A DNA stretch of 24,000 nt, from contig JAZTXK010000030.1 in the NCBI GenBank assembly GCA_045636385.1, positions 37,578-61,577 on the forward strand, written 5' to 3'. Shown here piece after piece: positions 14,530-22,565 of this stretch. A model generated the notes under the pieces. The model worked only from the letters and a program-made list of their open reading frames with translations, had not been told where the DNA came from and ran no database searches. The position numbers and the translations under genes are program-made. Origin of the DNA: Eubacteriales bacterium (GTDB lineage: Bacteria > Bacillota > Clostridia > Oscillospirales > CAG-272). The number at the start of each line of letters is the position of its first letter. Position 1 is the first letter of the stretch.

Positions 14530-14586
14530 CTGTGTGGGAAAATAATATTTGAGCGTTTATTTTAATATGTGGCATTATGAATATGG

Positions 14587-14618
14587 AAAAACAGCCACTC
14601 GCGCGAGTGGCTGTTTTG
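14587..14618. terminator. Terminator of the small-protein operon (bidirectional hairpin)
   Basis: AAAACAGCCACTCG pairs with CGAGTGGCTGTTTT (13-14 bp stem). On the minus strand it is followed by TTTTTCC. Confidence 0.75.
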
Positions 14619-14677
14619 GAGTAAAAACTATTGAAATGCAAAGGGACCAATGCAAAACTAGATTCTTTGCAGAAGAA

Positions 14678-14887
14678 TTAATATCCGTTATATTGCGCTA
14701 TTGCAAGTAGTATGCCAATAACTAAAATAGCAATACCTCCAAGTAGCGCCAAAGGAGAGATTATGCTCCATTTAGCAATTTCTTTTTGCTGTTGAGGAGT
14801 AATGATTTTTTCGATTGTATGTCCGCATTTTGGACACATAACCGCTTCGTCGAGTAATTGATTTCCACATTTTTCACAATATTTCAT
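14678..14887 (-). CDS. Zinc-ribbon protein with one C-terminal TM helix
   Basis: MKYCEKCGNQLLDEAVMCPKCG (CxxC...CxxC), then ISPLALLGGIAILVIGILLAIA. SD GAGGAG. Confidence 0.7.
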   Translation of the reverse strand: MKYCEKCGNQLLDEAVMCPKCGHTIEKIITPQQQKEIAKWSIISPLALLGGIAILVIGILLAIAQYNGY

Positions 14888-14899
14888 TTATGATGCTCC

Positions 14900-15187
14900 T
14901 CACATAAAATATATCATCAATATCAAGAACAAATTAACAACAAAGCCTATTAGTGAAAACAAGCCTATTTGATTTGCTTTTCGAGGAGTTTGAGCTTGCA
15001 TTGTGCAATACAAAATCAAACCAACTATCGGTATAAAAAAGCCAAGTAAATTTAAGCCGACATTGGGCATATCAGCGGATGAATTGGCGGCTCCGATGTT
15101 GCCAACCCCATTCGCTGCGCAACCGCAGTTGGTGCACACAATGGCATCATCCACCAATTCTTTTCCGCAATGAGTGCAATACTTCAT
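14900..15187 (-). CDS. Zinc-ribbon protein with two TM helices (paralogue of 14678-14887 at the N-terminus)
   Basis: MKYCTHCGKELVDDAIVCTNCG, then LLGFFIPIVGLILYC and LFSLIGFVVNLFLILMIYF. SD GGAGGA. Confidence 0.75.
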   Translation of the reverse strand: MKYCTHCGKELVDDAIVCTNCGCAANGVGNIGAANSSADMPNVGLNLLGFFIPIVGLILYCTMQAQTPRKANQIGLFSLIGFVVNLFLILMIYFM

Positions 15188-15208
15188 AAATAGTCCTCCG
15201 CATATAAA

Positions 15209-15541
15209 TCAGTCTATTTCAACATCTACCGATGCTCTTTCAGTTTCCGGATTATATTTCCCTGTTCCTTCAAAGGTTCCTGAAACAGTTTGGTTGTATA
15301 CATCCAAAGCAGAATATGTGCCATAGAAGACAAACTCATTTTCACTAATTTCTTGAATAGTAGTAATTTGAGCCCTCGGTGCCTTGCATCCATAATTGGT
15401 TAAAGTAAAAGTAACATCCCATTCTGCTCGGTCAATAACCGCATCTTTAGGTGTCATTACTTTTGAGGGCTCTTCGCTATCGCACGCACAAGTTGAAATT
15501 AATAGAATTGCTATAAGCAAAAATATTATGCCTTTTTTCAT
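15209..15541 (-). CDS. Small putative lipoprotein, unknown function
   Basis: Signal peptide MKKGIIFLLIAILLISTCAC and a ~90-aa beta-rich mature part. SD AAAGGAGAT. Confidence 0.7.
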   Translation of the reverse strand: MKKGIIFLLIAILLISTCACDSEEPSKVMTPKDAVIDRAEWDVTFTLTNYGCKAPRAQITTIQEISENEFVFYGTYSALDVYNQTVSGTFEGTGKYNPETERASVDVEID

Positions 15542-15585
15542 AATATCTCCTTTTTAATTCAATAATTAATGGCTGTGAAGGTTAA

Positions 15586-15927
15586 TTATTTGAAATCGTC
15601 AAATTCTTCTTTTGAGAAAGTGAATTTATCTGCTTCTTCATTATATGTTGCAACCAAACCAAATTTTGCTGACATAATTTCCTTGTCGATTTTGATCGTA
15701 TATGTTCCTAAAACTGCCCATTGATTAGTTTTTGTTTCTACAACGGAAGCAATGTCTACATTTACAGGCTCGCTAACAAATCCGCCAATTCTGATACGGT
15801 AATTTGTACTTATGTATTCTGTTACTTCATCAGGAAGTCTTTCTTTCGGGGTTCGTTTTTCACCGCCACAAGCGCAAAGCGTGAAGAGCAAAACTACGGT
15901 ACAAAGTAGAGCAATAATTCTTTTCAT
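15586..15927 (-). CDS. Small putative lipoprotein, unknown function (remote paralogue of 15209-15541)
   Basis: Signal peptide MKRIIALLCTVVLLFTLCAC. It shares the ..GTY.. and ..YN.E.. pattern with the neighbouring lipoprotein. ATG 15927 was chosen over the TTG at 15957, and the SD is weak or distant. Confidence 0.65.
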   Translation of the reverse strand: MKRIIALLCTVVLLFTLCACGGEKRTPKERLPDEVTEYISTNYRIRIGGFVSEPVNVDIASVVETKTNQWAVLGTYTIKIDKEIMSAKFGLVATYNEEADKFTFSKEEFDDFK

Positions 15928-15970
15928 AGTAATTAGTATTCCTTTCAAATATACCAAATTGGGATATTTA

Positions 15971-15993
15971 TATTATACCAAAATGGTATAATA
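15971..15993. promoter_or_regulatory. 23-bp perfect palindrome (candidate XRE operator) containing both divergent -10 boxes
   Basis: TATTATACCA-AAA-TGGTATAATA. The plus-strand TGgTATAAT (15984-15992) has a weak -35 and would serve the XRE gene. Confidence 0.55.
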
Positions 15994-16000
15994 ATGTCAA
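15972..16000 (-). promoter_or_regulatory. Perfect consensus promoter of the lipoprotein/zinc-ribbon operon
   Basis: Minus strand reads TTGACA (15995-16000), 17 nt, TGgTATAAT (TATAAT 15972-15977). Confidence 0.65.
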
Positions 16001-16027
16001 GGTCTTTTGTAAAAAAAGGAGAGAAAA

Positions 16028-16237
16028 ATGGAATTTCGGCTCAAAGAATTGCGGAAAAAGCGGAATATATCGCAATTAAAGCTTGCAATCGATCTGAATA
16101 TGAATCAGAATACGATCTCGCGGTATGAAAATTTGGAGCGCGAGGCGGATTATGAAACTCTTATTCGCTTTGCGGATTATTTTGGTGTTTCGCTTGATTA
16201 TTTGCTGGGGCGAAGTAATAGCGAGGAAATAAAATAA
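16028..16237 (+). CDS. XRE-family (Cro/CI-type) helix-turn-helix transcriptional regulator
   Basis: LRKKRNISQLKLAIDLNMNQNTISRYENLEREADYETLIRFADYFGVSLDYLLGRS. SD AGGAGAG. Confidence 0.85.
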   Translation: MEFRLKELRKKRNISQLKLAIDLNMNQNTISRYENLEREADYETLIRFADYFGVSLDYLLGRSNSEEIK

Positions 16238-16279
16238 AGGAACTTTTTATGAGTAAGTCATAGAAAGTTCCTTTTATGT
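16236..16279. terminator. Terminator after the XRE gene
   Basis: AAAGGAACTTT-T-TATGA GTAAG TCATA-G-AAAGTTCCTTT forms a ~17-bp stem and is followed by TATGTATT. Confidence 0.65.
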
Positions 16280-16295
16280 ATTATGGGCAATCAAT

Positions 16296-16326
16296 TCAAT
16301 CTCGCGGAATTTTTCCGGGAGATTGA
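16296..16326. other. Strong hairpin downstream of the dehydrogenase gene (possible atypical terminator)
   Basis: TCAATCTC-G-CGGAA TTT TTCCG-G-GAGATTGA. There is no U-tract on either strand. Confidence 0.3.
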
Positions 16327-16352
16327 AGAATATCCGTAATAGCTTTTAGTTA

Positions 16353-17414
16353 TTATTTCAAAATCTCAATAATCGCATCTCCGACCTCGCTTGTGGAGGC
16401 GGTTCCGCCGAGGTCGCAGGTGAGGGTTTTGCCTTCGACCATCAGTTGCTCGATGGCGTCGATCAGGCGCGCGCCCCAATTTTCGTAGCCGAAGAAATCA
16501 AGCATCTGGCTTGCCGACCAGATGGAGGCGAGGGGATTTGCGATGCCCTTGCCCGCGATATCGGGGGCAGAGCCGTGGATGGGCTCGAACATCGAGGGGA
16601 ATTTTCTTTCGGGATTGATATTCGCGCCCGCCGCAAGTCCCATACCGCCCGCGATGGCGGCGCCGAGGTCGGTGATGATATCTCCGAAAAGATTGGAAGT
16701 AACAACGACCTCAAATCTCGCGGGATCCTTGACGAAGAACATACTTGCCGCGTCGACGAGGTAAGAGGCGGTCTTAACGTCGGGGTATTCCTTCGCGACT
16801 TCGGCAAATACGCTGTCCCAGAATACCATTGAATAGTTCAGCGCGTTGCCCTTGGAAATGCTCGTCAGAGTCTTCTTTTCCTTTCTTGCAAGCTCAAAGG
16901 CATAGCGGATGATCCTTTCGGTTCCCTTGCGCGAGAAAACTCCCGTCTGAAGAACGACCTCGTTTTCCTGACCGCGGTAGAGCCAATCGCCCGCGCCGGC
17001 GTATTCGCCCTCGCTGTTTTCGCGGATGACTATCATGTCGATGTCCTCGCATTTCGTATCTTTGAGTGGGCAGGGAGCACCGCGAAGGAGCTTGACGGGA
17101 CGGAGATTGACGTACTGATCGAACTCGTGGCGGATCTTGAGCAGCAGATCCCAAAGAGATATGTGATCGGGAACGCCGGGGGTTCCGACAGCTCCGAGAT
17201 AGATGGCGTCATACTGCTTCAGCGTTTCGATAGCATCGTCGGGCATCATTTTGCCCGTCTGCAGATAATAATCGCATCCCCAAGGGAAGTGCGTAAATTC
17301 AAATTCAAAGCCTCCGTCGAGCTTTGCAACGTGATCGAGCACGCGAACGCCCTCGGCAATGACCTCGGGGCCTATTCCGTCGCCCGCAATAACGGCAATT
17401 TTGTAGTTTTTCAT
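16353..17414 (-). CDS. Tartrate dehydrogenase/decarboxylase-like (isocitrate/isopropylmalate dehydrogenase family)
   Basis: KIAVIAGDGIGPEV, DHISLWDLLLKIRHEFDQYVNLRP, VIRENSEGEY, SNLFGDIITDLGAAIAGGMGLA and FEPIHGSAPDIAGKGIANP. ATG 17414 with SD GAGGA. Confidence 0.85.
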   Translation of the reverse strand: MKNYKIAVIAGDGIGPEVIAEGVRVLDHVAKLDGGFEFEFTHFPWGCDYYLQTGKMMPDDAIETLKQYDAIYLGAVGTPGVPDHISLWDLLLKIRHEFDQYVNLRPVKLLRGAPCPLKDTKCEDIDMIVIRENSEGEYAGAGDWLYRGQENEVVLQTGVFSRKGTERIIRYAFELARKEKKTLTSISKGNALNYSMVFWDSVFAEVAKEYPDVKTASYLVDAASMFFVKDPARFEVVVTSNLFGDIITDLGAAIAGGMGLAAGANINPERKFPSMFEPIHGSAPDIAGKGIANPLASIWSASQMLDFFGYENWGARLIDAIEQLMVEGKTLTCDLGGTASTSEVGDAIIEILK

Positions 17415-17434
17415 AGTGAAGTATCCTCTATGTG

Positions 17435-18508
17435 TTATTTTGACCATTTGATGATGTTTTCGAGCATTCTCTCGGCGGCTTCGGGGGATGAAAATCTGTT
17501 ACCGCTGAGGTAAACGCCGGTCGGATCGACGGTCTTGCAGAATTTCTCAATCTTATCCTCGTGCTTTTCGTCGAGCGCCCAGAGGAGTATGATATTCTTG
17601 CCCTTGTCCTGAATCTTTTTGAAAATGTCGAACCATTTTTCGTCGCAAAGCGGCTCTTTTCCCGCGCCGGGGTTCCATTGGATTCCGTTCAATCCGGGAA
17701 TGTCAAGGATCATATCGAGATGCGGAAGCTCTCCGATGCCGTCGAGGTGATAGACCGAACGCTCAAGATATGATGCCTGATCGATAAGCTCGGGCAGAAC
17801 GAATCTTTCAAACTGCGTGGGCGAGATCATATAGCAGAAGTCGCACTGCATCGGATACCACGGCTTTTCCGACGGAATATTCATCCAAGTGATGAAGGGA
17901 AGATCGTGCTTGCGGATGAAATCTACCTGCTTTTCGTAGGCAACGCGCGCCTCGCGGCGGACTTCCTTGGTGAAATTATATACCTCATCGGGGTAGTCGT
18001 AAAGATCGTAAAGCAGATTTTCGGTGCCGCGGAGCGACGCGACGATATCCATAATGCCGCCGAGGTCGGTTATCGAAAAGCAAACCTCGGGGTCTGCGGC
18101 AAAACGCTCCTGCATTTTTGTTACGTACTGCCACATTTCGCTCTGCTCGTCAAATTTCACGGCGGGAGGATTTTCCCAATCGGTTATGATTTGCGGTTTA
18201 TCGAACCATATCGTTTGTTTTGCAAGCTGAAATCCGCCGCCGAGGCAGGCGGAAAGACATCCGGGACCGAAGTTTGTGAAGTACCCGGGGATACCCTCGG
18301 CTAAATATTCGTAATTTGCGGAGTTGCATTTGAAGGCGTTGTAGTTATATTCCGGATCGAGCCACTTTTCCTCAAGGCTCAGGGGCGCGCGGTAGCCTAC
18401 CGCTCCCGGCTTAACATAGGAAATATTGAGTATCGGACGTCCCGTGTTTTCGCGTTTCCAGAATTTTTCATATTCCGCAAGTACGGATGCATATTTCTGT
18501 TTGAACAT
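17435..18508 (-). CDS. URO-D-like (uroporphyrinogen decarboxylase/MtaA-fold) TIM-barrel protein, function unknown
   Basis: 357-aa soluble protein. The blocks DLGGIMDIVASLRGTENLLYDLYDYPDEV and YHLDGIGELPHLDMILDIPGLNGIQWNPGAG resemble that family. The family call is tentative. Confidence 0.55.
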   Translation of the reverse strand: MFKQKYASVLAEYEKFWKRENTGRPILNISYVKPGAVGYRAPLSLEEKWLDPEYNYNAFKCNSANYEYLAEGIPGYFTNFGPGCLSACLGGGFQLAKQTIWFDKPQIITDWENPPAVKFDEQSEMWQYVTKMQERFAADPEVCFSITDLGGIMDIVASLRGTENLLYDLYDYPDEVYNFTKEVRREARVAYEKQVDFIRKHDLPFITWMNIPSEKPWYPMQCDFCYMISPTQFERFVLPELIDQASYLERSVYHLDGIGELPHLDMILDIPGLNGIQWNPGAGKEPLCDEKWFDIFKKIQDKGKNIILLWALDEKHEDKIEKFCKTVDPTGVYLSGNRFSSPEAAERMLENIIKWSK

Positions 18509-18558
18509 TTTATCTCGCCTTTCTTGGATTATATAACAAAGTGCTTGTGCTTTTTTAC

Positions 18559-18587
18559 ATTATATCACAAATTCGGGTTCGTTTCAA
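18559..18587 (-). promoter_or_regulatory. Promoter of the URO-D-like/dehydrogenase operon
   Basis: Minus strand reads TTGAAA (18582-18587), 17 nt, TATAAT (18559-18564), preceded by TTTGTGA. Confidence 0.55.
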
Positions 18588-18636
18588 TAAATTGCAGAAA
18601 ATAGCCGTGCATTTTTGCCAAAAAATTGATAATATA

Positions 18637-18665
18637 TTGACTTTATATTGCAAAAATGTTATAAT
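18637..18665 (+). promoter_or_regulatory. Promoter of the esterase/beta-helix lipoprotein gene
   Basis: TTGACT (18637-18642), 17 nt, TGtTATAAT (TATAAT 18660-18665). Confidence 0.65.
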
Positions 18666-18696
18666 AGCTTCAGATAAAAATAAGGAGGACTTCATT

Positions 18697-21045
18697 GTGA
18701 AAAAGTCTATGTTTATCCGCATTCTCTCATGCGTCATGGCAATGATCATGCTTTCGGGCACTATGCTCATGACTGCTTGTAATGACACCCCCGAGACTCC
18801 CGAGACTACTGCTCCCGCAGATACCACCTCGGCTCCCGAGACCACTGCCGCTCCCGAAACCACCGAAGCACCGTTGGTTCTCACCGAGCAGACGGTAAAT
18901 CTCAACAAGAACACCAAGGGCATCAAGATCCTCGGCGTTCGTAACCTCGCGTCCGACACCGCGATCAACGCCGACTGGAGCGCATCGGGTATCGAATTCA
19001 TCGCTACCTGTGAGGGCGATATGACCTTCGCTGTTGAGACCAGCAATGGCGCATATTTCCGCGCTTACATCGACGGCGAGCCCTATATGAACGGCGAAAC
19101 ACCTTACTTTGACATCACCGGCAAGGGCGAGATCACTCTCAAGGACATCCCGAAGGGTACTCACACCATCCGCGTGATCAAGGTCACCGGCTACACTCTT
19201 GCATTCGCGGCGTTCACCTCCGTCAAACTCACGGGTATCATCGCAGAAGAAGCACCCAAGGACAATGAGCTTTACATTGAGTTCGTCGGCGACAGTATCA
19301 CCTGCGCTTGGGGTACTATCGGCACATTTGACGGCAAGTACACCTCTCAGGACGCTACACTCGGCTACTCCTACCTCGTTGCAGAGGAGCTTGATGCAGA
19401 TTACTCCTTCACCGCGCTTTCCGGCCAGGGCATCTGCTGCGGCACTCCCGGCGTTCCCCTCGGCTACCGCTACGCTTGCTACGGCAAGGATGCCAAGACC
19501 GAATACGATTTCGCGCGCAAGGCAAACCTCATCGTTGTCAATATCGGTACCAATGACGAGACCAAGGCGATCGATCAGACTCAGTTCAAGAAGGATTTCA
19601 AGGCTTGGGTTGAGTACGCCAAGGAAAAGAACGGCGCAGACTGTAAGTTCCTCGCCGTTACCAATATGAAGAACGGCTCGTATCGCACAATCATCGAAAA
19701 GGTCTTTGAGGAGCTTGGCGGCGAGGCAGCGGGCTACTACGCATATAAGGCAGACCGTTCCCGCAACGCTACCGCTTCCTATCACCCCAGCATCGAGGAG
19801 CACGCGGCATACGTTCCCGCTATCGTTGACCTTTGCAAGAAGATCCTTGCTACTCCCATCTCCTCCACTCCCGGCACAACCGACCCCGTTACTCCCGGTG
19901 TTGACGTAACAGGTGCGATCGACCTTCCCGCAAACACCGTTGTCGTAGACGATGACTGCGACAAGGACGGCGACGTTATAGTATTCACCTTCGGCGGCGT
20001 TAAATATAAGGCAACCGTAGGTAAGGATGCATTCTACTCGCCCATGGATGCACAGAATGCAGTTACCGCGGGCGGAACTATCTTCTTCTTGCCCGGCTAC
20101 TATATGGAGAACTTCCAGGTTCAGAAGGACCTTACCCTTATCGGCCCCAAGGCAGGCGTCAGCCCCAACGTAAAGGGCGCAAATCCGACCGATGACTGGA
20201 CTCTTAACCCCGAGAGAAGCAAGGAAGAGGACGAGGCTGTCCTGATGTCCAACCTTGGTCTCGGTGTATGGAATGCTACCGTATATTCCGACTGTCATAA
20301 GATCGTTATGGACGGCTTCAAGTTCTCCCAGAACTTCCTCCTTCGCCAGAACTCGGGTAACGAGGGTGAGGTCGAGATCGAATTGAATAACATTCTGATC
20401 AGCGGAAGCACCATCACCAACAACATCCTCTTCTTTTTCCCCTACTATCCCAACGATGCGACCAACCCCGACCTCTATAAGAGACATCTGAAGATGGAAA
20501 ACGTCCGTGTTGAAGGCGTGACCGCACAGTATCTCTTCAGAATGGGCTTTGAAACTCTTGAGATCTCGGGTCTCTATATGGATTCCAAGTGCACCAAGGG
20601 CGTTGTTGAAAAGTTTGCTACTACTGCAGGTGTTGGCACCGATAAGTACGTTATCAAGGATAGTATGTTCAGAAACACCAATACCACGATATTCTCCATC
20701 AACCTCAGAAACGATCTTGCCGCTCCCAACTGGCGTCTTGATCACTTCGGCACAGATAAGAAGCAGATCGACATCGAGATCAGCGGATGCGTATTCTACG
20801 GCGAGGATCTTCCCTCCGCTCACGCACCCTGGATCATCATCAACCGCGACAGCGCGGCGGCTATCGTTCGTATCAAGGATAATATCTTCGCAAGCAATAA
20901 CACCGGATCCGTCATCGTAACCGACGAGGGCTCGGTTGAGGGCGAATACTTCTTCGCAACCGAGATTAGCGGTAACACCGTTACCGGATGCGCAGATCCC
21001 TATAAGTTCGTTGCGGCAAAGGATGCAGCACTCTTTCTTAATTAA
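18697..21045 (+). CDS. Lipoprotein fusing a CE2-like module (beta-sandwich + SGNH esterase) to a C-terminal right-handed beta-helix (pectin-lyase-fold-like) domain
   Basis: GTG 18697 is 7 nt after AAGGAGGA. Signal peptide plus LMTAC, then a Pro/Thr/Glu linker. FVGDSITCAWG (SGNH block I), NIGTND and YHPSIEEH. Then GGTIFFLPGYYMENFQVQKDLTLIG followed by repetitive N/G/I-rich beta-helix-like turns. Confidence 0.75.
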   Translation: MKKSMFIRILSCVMAMIMLSGTMLMTACNDTPETPETTAPADTTSAPETTAAPETTEAPLVLTEQTVNLNKNTKGIKILGVRNLASDTAINADWSASGIEFIATCEGDMTFAVETSNGAYFRAYIDGEPYMNGETPYFDITGKGEITLKDIPKGTHTIRVIKVTGYTLAFAAFTSVKLTGIIAEEAPKDNELYIEFVGDSITCAWGTIGTFDGKYTSQDATLGYSYLVAEELDADYSFTALSGQGICCGTPGVPLGYRYACYGKDAKTEYDFARKANLIVVNIGTNDETKAIDQTQFKKDFKAWVEYAKEKNGADCKFLAVTNMKNGSYRTIIEKVFEELGGEAAGYYAYKADRSRNATASYHPSIEEHAAYVPAIVDLCKKILATPISSTPGTTDPVTPGVDVTGAIDLPANTVVVDDDCDKDGDVIVFTFGGVKYKATVGKDAFYSPMDAQNAVTAGGTIFFLPGYYMENFQVQKDLTLIGPKAGVSPNVKGANPTDDWTLNPERSKEEDEAVLMSNLGLGVWNATVYSDCHKIVMDGFKFSQNFLLRQNSGNEGEVEIELNNILISGSTITNNILFFFPYYPNDATNPDLYKRHLKMENVRVEGVTAQYLFRMGFETLEISGLYMDSKCTKGVVEKFATTAGVGTDKYVIKDSMFRNTNTTIFSINLRNDLAAPNWRLDHFGTDKKQIDIEISGCVFYGEDLPSAHAPWIIINRDSAAAIVRIKDNIFASNNTGSVIVTDEGSVEGEYFFATEISGNTVTGCADPYKFVAAKDAALFLN
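18787..18873 (+). repeat. Low-complexity CCCGAGAC-type repeats encoding a TPETPETTAPADTTSAPETTAAPETTEAP linker
   Basis: Repeated CCCGAGACY / GCTCCCGA units are visible in the DNA. This is a typical flexible tether after a lipobox. Confidence 0.6.
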
Positions 21046-21059
21046 TTAATTGAATCATT

Positions 21060-21100
21060 ATCCCCGACCGAATGCGCGGCATTCGGTCGGGGATTTATTT
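21060..21100 (+). terminator. Rho-independent terminator
   Basis: ATCCCCGACCGAATGC-GCG-GCATTCGGTCGGGGAT (16-bp stem) followed by TTATTT. Confidence 0.8.
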
Positions 21101-21129
21101 GTGTGATATGTAAAATACTGTCCAAAAAC

Positions 21130-21158
21130 TTGACTTTGACGTTTATTCGTGGTATACT
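21130..21158 (+). promoter_or_regulatory. Candidate promoter of the MATE-wecB-cupin operon
   Basis: TTGACT (21130-21135), 17 nt, TGgTATACT (21153-21158). Confidence 0.5.
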
Positions 21159-21193
21159 TATTACATTATAATAATACTACGGAGAATAAAAAA

Positions 21194-22564
21194 TTGGCAT
21201 CCGCAAAGATTTCAAAGGATTTCACAAAGGGAAATCTCCCAAAGCAATTATTGCTTTTCACTCTGCCGTTTATGGCGTCAAACGCACTTCAGGTGCTTTA
21301 CAGCACCATCGATATGATAATCGTCGGCGAATACGTCGGAACGCCCGGACTTTCGGCGGTTTCGCAGTCGAGCCAGATCGTCAATTTTGCCACGATGGTA
21401 TGTCTTGGGCTTTCAAATGCGGGTCAGGTGCTCGTTTCGCAAGCCTTCGGCGCGGGTAAGAAAAAGGAGATGAACGATATCATCGGCACGATGTTCAGCG
21501 TGCTGACGATCTTTGCCGCTATCCTTTCGGTCGTTATCATTTCGATAAACGGGTGGATAATGGACGTTATGAATATGCCCGCCGAATCCTACGATATGGC
21601 GATCGATTATCTCATCATCTGCACGGGCGGACTGATTTTCACCGCGGGCTACAATATGGTCTCCGCAGTTTTGCGCGGTATGGGCGACTCGAAGCGTCCC
21701 TTCCTCTTTATCGGTATCGCTTCTGCGATAAACCTCGTGCTTGACCTGCTCTTTACCGGCGCTCTCGGTATGGGCGTTGCGGGTGCGGCTTGGGCGACCA
21801 TCATCGGTCAGGCGGCGGCGTGTATCTTCTCGATCTTTTACCTTTATAAACGCAAGGAAGCCTTCGGCTTTGATTTCAAGCGCGAAAGCTTCAGAATGCA
21901 GAAAAAGTACGTAAAAATGATCGTTTCGCTCGGCACGCCTATGGCAATACAGATGGGATGCCTCAATCTTTCAATGCTCTACGTCAACTCGCTTATCAAC
22001 GATATCGGCGTTGTTGAGTCGGCGACCTTCGGCGCGGGCGTTAAGATCGACGATATCATCAATAAGATCTCGCAGGGCATCCAGTACGCGGCTATGCCGA
22101 TAATCAGCCAGAATATCGCGGCGGGCGAGCAGAAGCGCGCGAAGCAGACGGTATATTGGGCGTGGATCTATTCAGCCGCGCTGACGGTGTTCTTTATGAT
22201 ACTTTACGTTTGCTTCGGCAAGCAGATGTTTATGCTGTTCTCGGATGATCCGCTCGTTCACGAGCAATGCACCGTCTTCATCAGCGCGATCCTCTGGATG
22301 TTCCCCGCGTTTGCAATCGTGAGAGGCAGCGGCGGCTTCGTTCAGGGCATCGGAAATGCCAAGCTCAGTATGCTTCTTGCACTTCTCGACGGAGTCGTTC
22401 TCCGAATCGGACTTTCTTATCTTTTCGGAATATATTTCGGCTGGGGATTCTACGGCTTCGTTCTCGGCTACGGACTTGCACCCTACGGCTTTGCGATCCC
22501 GAGTATGATATATTTCTTCTCGCCCGTATGGCAGAAGCAAAAAACGCTCGCCGATTCTATTTGA
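21194..22564 (+). CDS. MATE-family transporter (MOP superfamily)
   Basis: LLLFTLPFMASNALQVLYSTIDMIIVGEYVGTPGLSAVS and 12 predicted TM segments. TTG 21194 is 7 nt after ACGGAGAA. There is no in-frame ATG until the conserved core, so the start is uncertain. Confidence 0.8.
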   Translation: MASAKISKDFTKGNLPKQLLLFTLPFMASNALQVLYSTIDMIIVGEYVGTPGLSAVSQSSQIVNFATMVCLGLSNAGQVLVSQAFGAGKKKEMNDIIGTMFSVLTIFAAILSVVIISINGWIMDVMNMPAESYDMAIDYLIICTGGLIFTAGYNMVSAVLRGMGDSKRPFLFIGIASAINLVLDLLFTGALGMGVAGAAWATIIGQAAACIFSIFYLYKRKEAFGFDFKRESFRMQKKYVKMIVSLGTPMAIQMGCLNLSMLYVNSLINDIGVVESATFGAGVKIDDIINKISQGIQYAAMPIISQNIAAGEQKRAKQTVYWAWIYSAALTVFFMILYVCFGKQMFMLFSDDPLVHEQCTVFISAILWMFPAFAIVRGSGGFVQGIGNAKLSMLLALLDGVVLRIGLSYLFGIYFGWGFYGFVLGYGLAPYGFAIPSMIYFFSPVWQKQKTLADSI

Positions 22565-22565
22565 T

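Noticed and set aside
14568-14711. 47-codon plus-strand ORF (MWHYEYGKTATRASGCFGV...) in the intergenic region
   Set aside because: It has no SD, reads straight through the 13-bp terminator hairpin, and runs antisense into the zinc-ribbon gene. It is considered spurious.
18727-20823. 698-aa ORF on the minus strand
   Set aside because: It is a shadow ORF antisense to the esterase/beta-helix lipoprotein gene. It has no recognisable motifs, a repetitive G/A/V/L-rich composition, and no promoter or SD.
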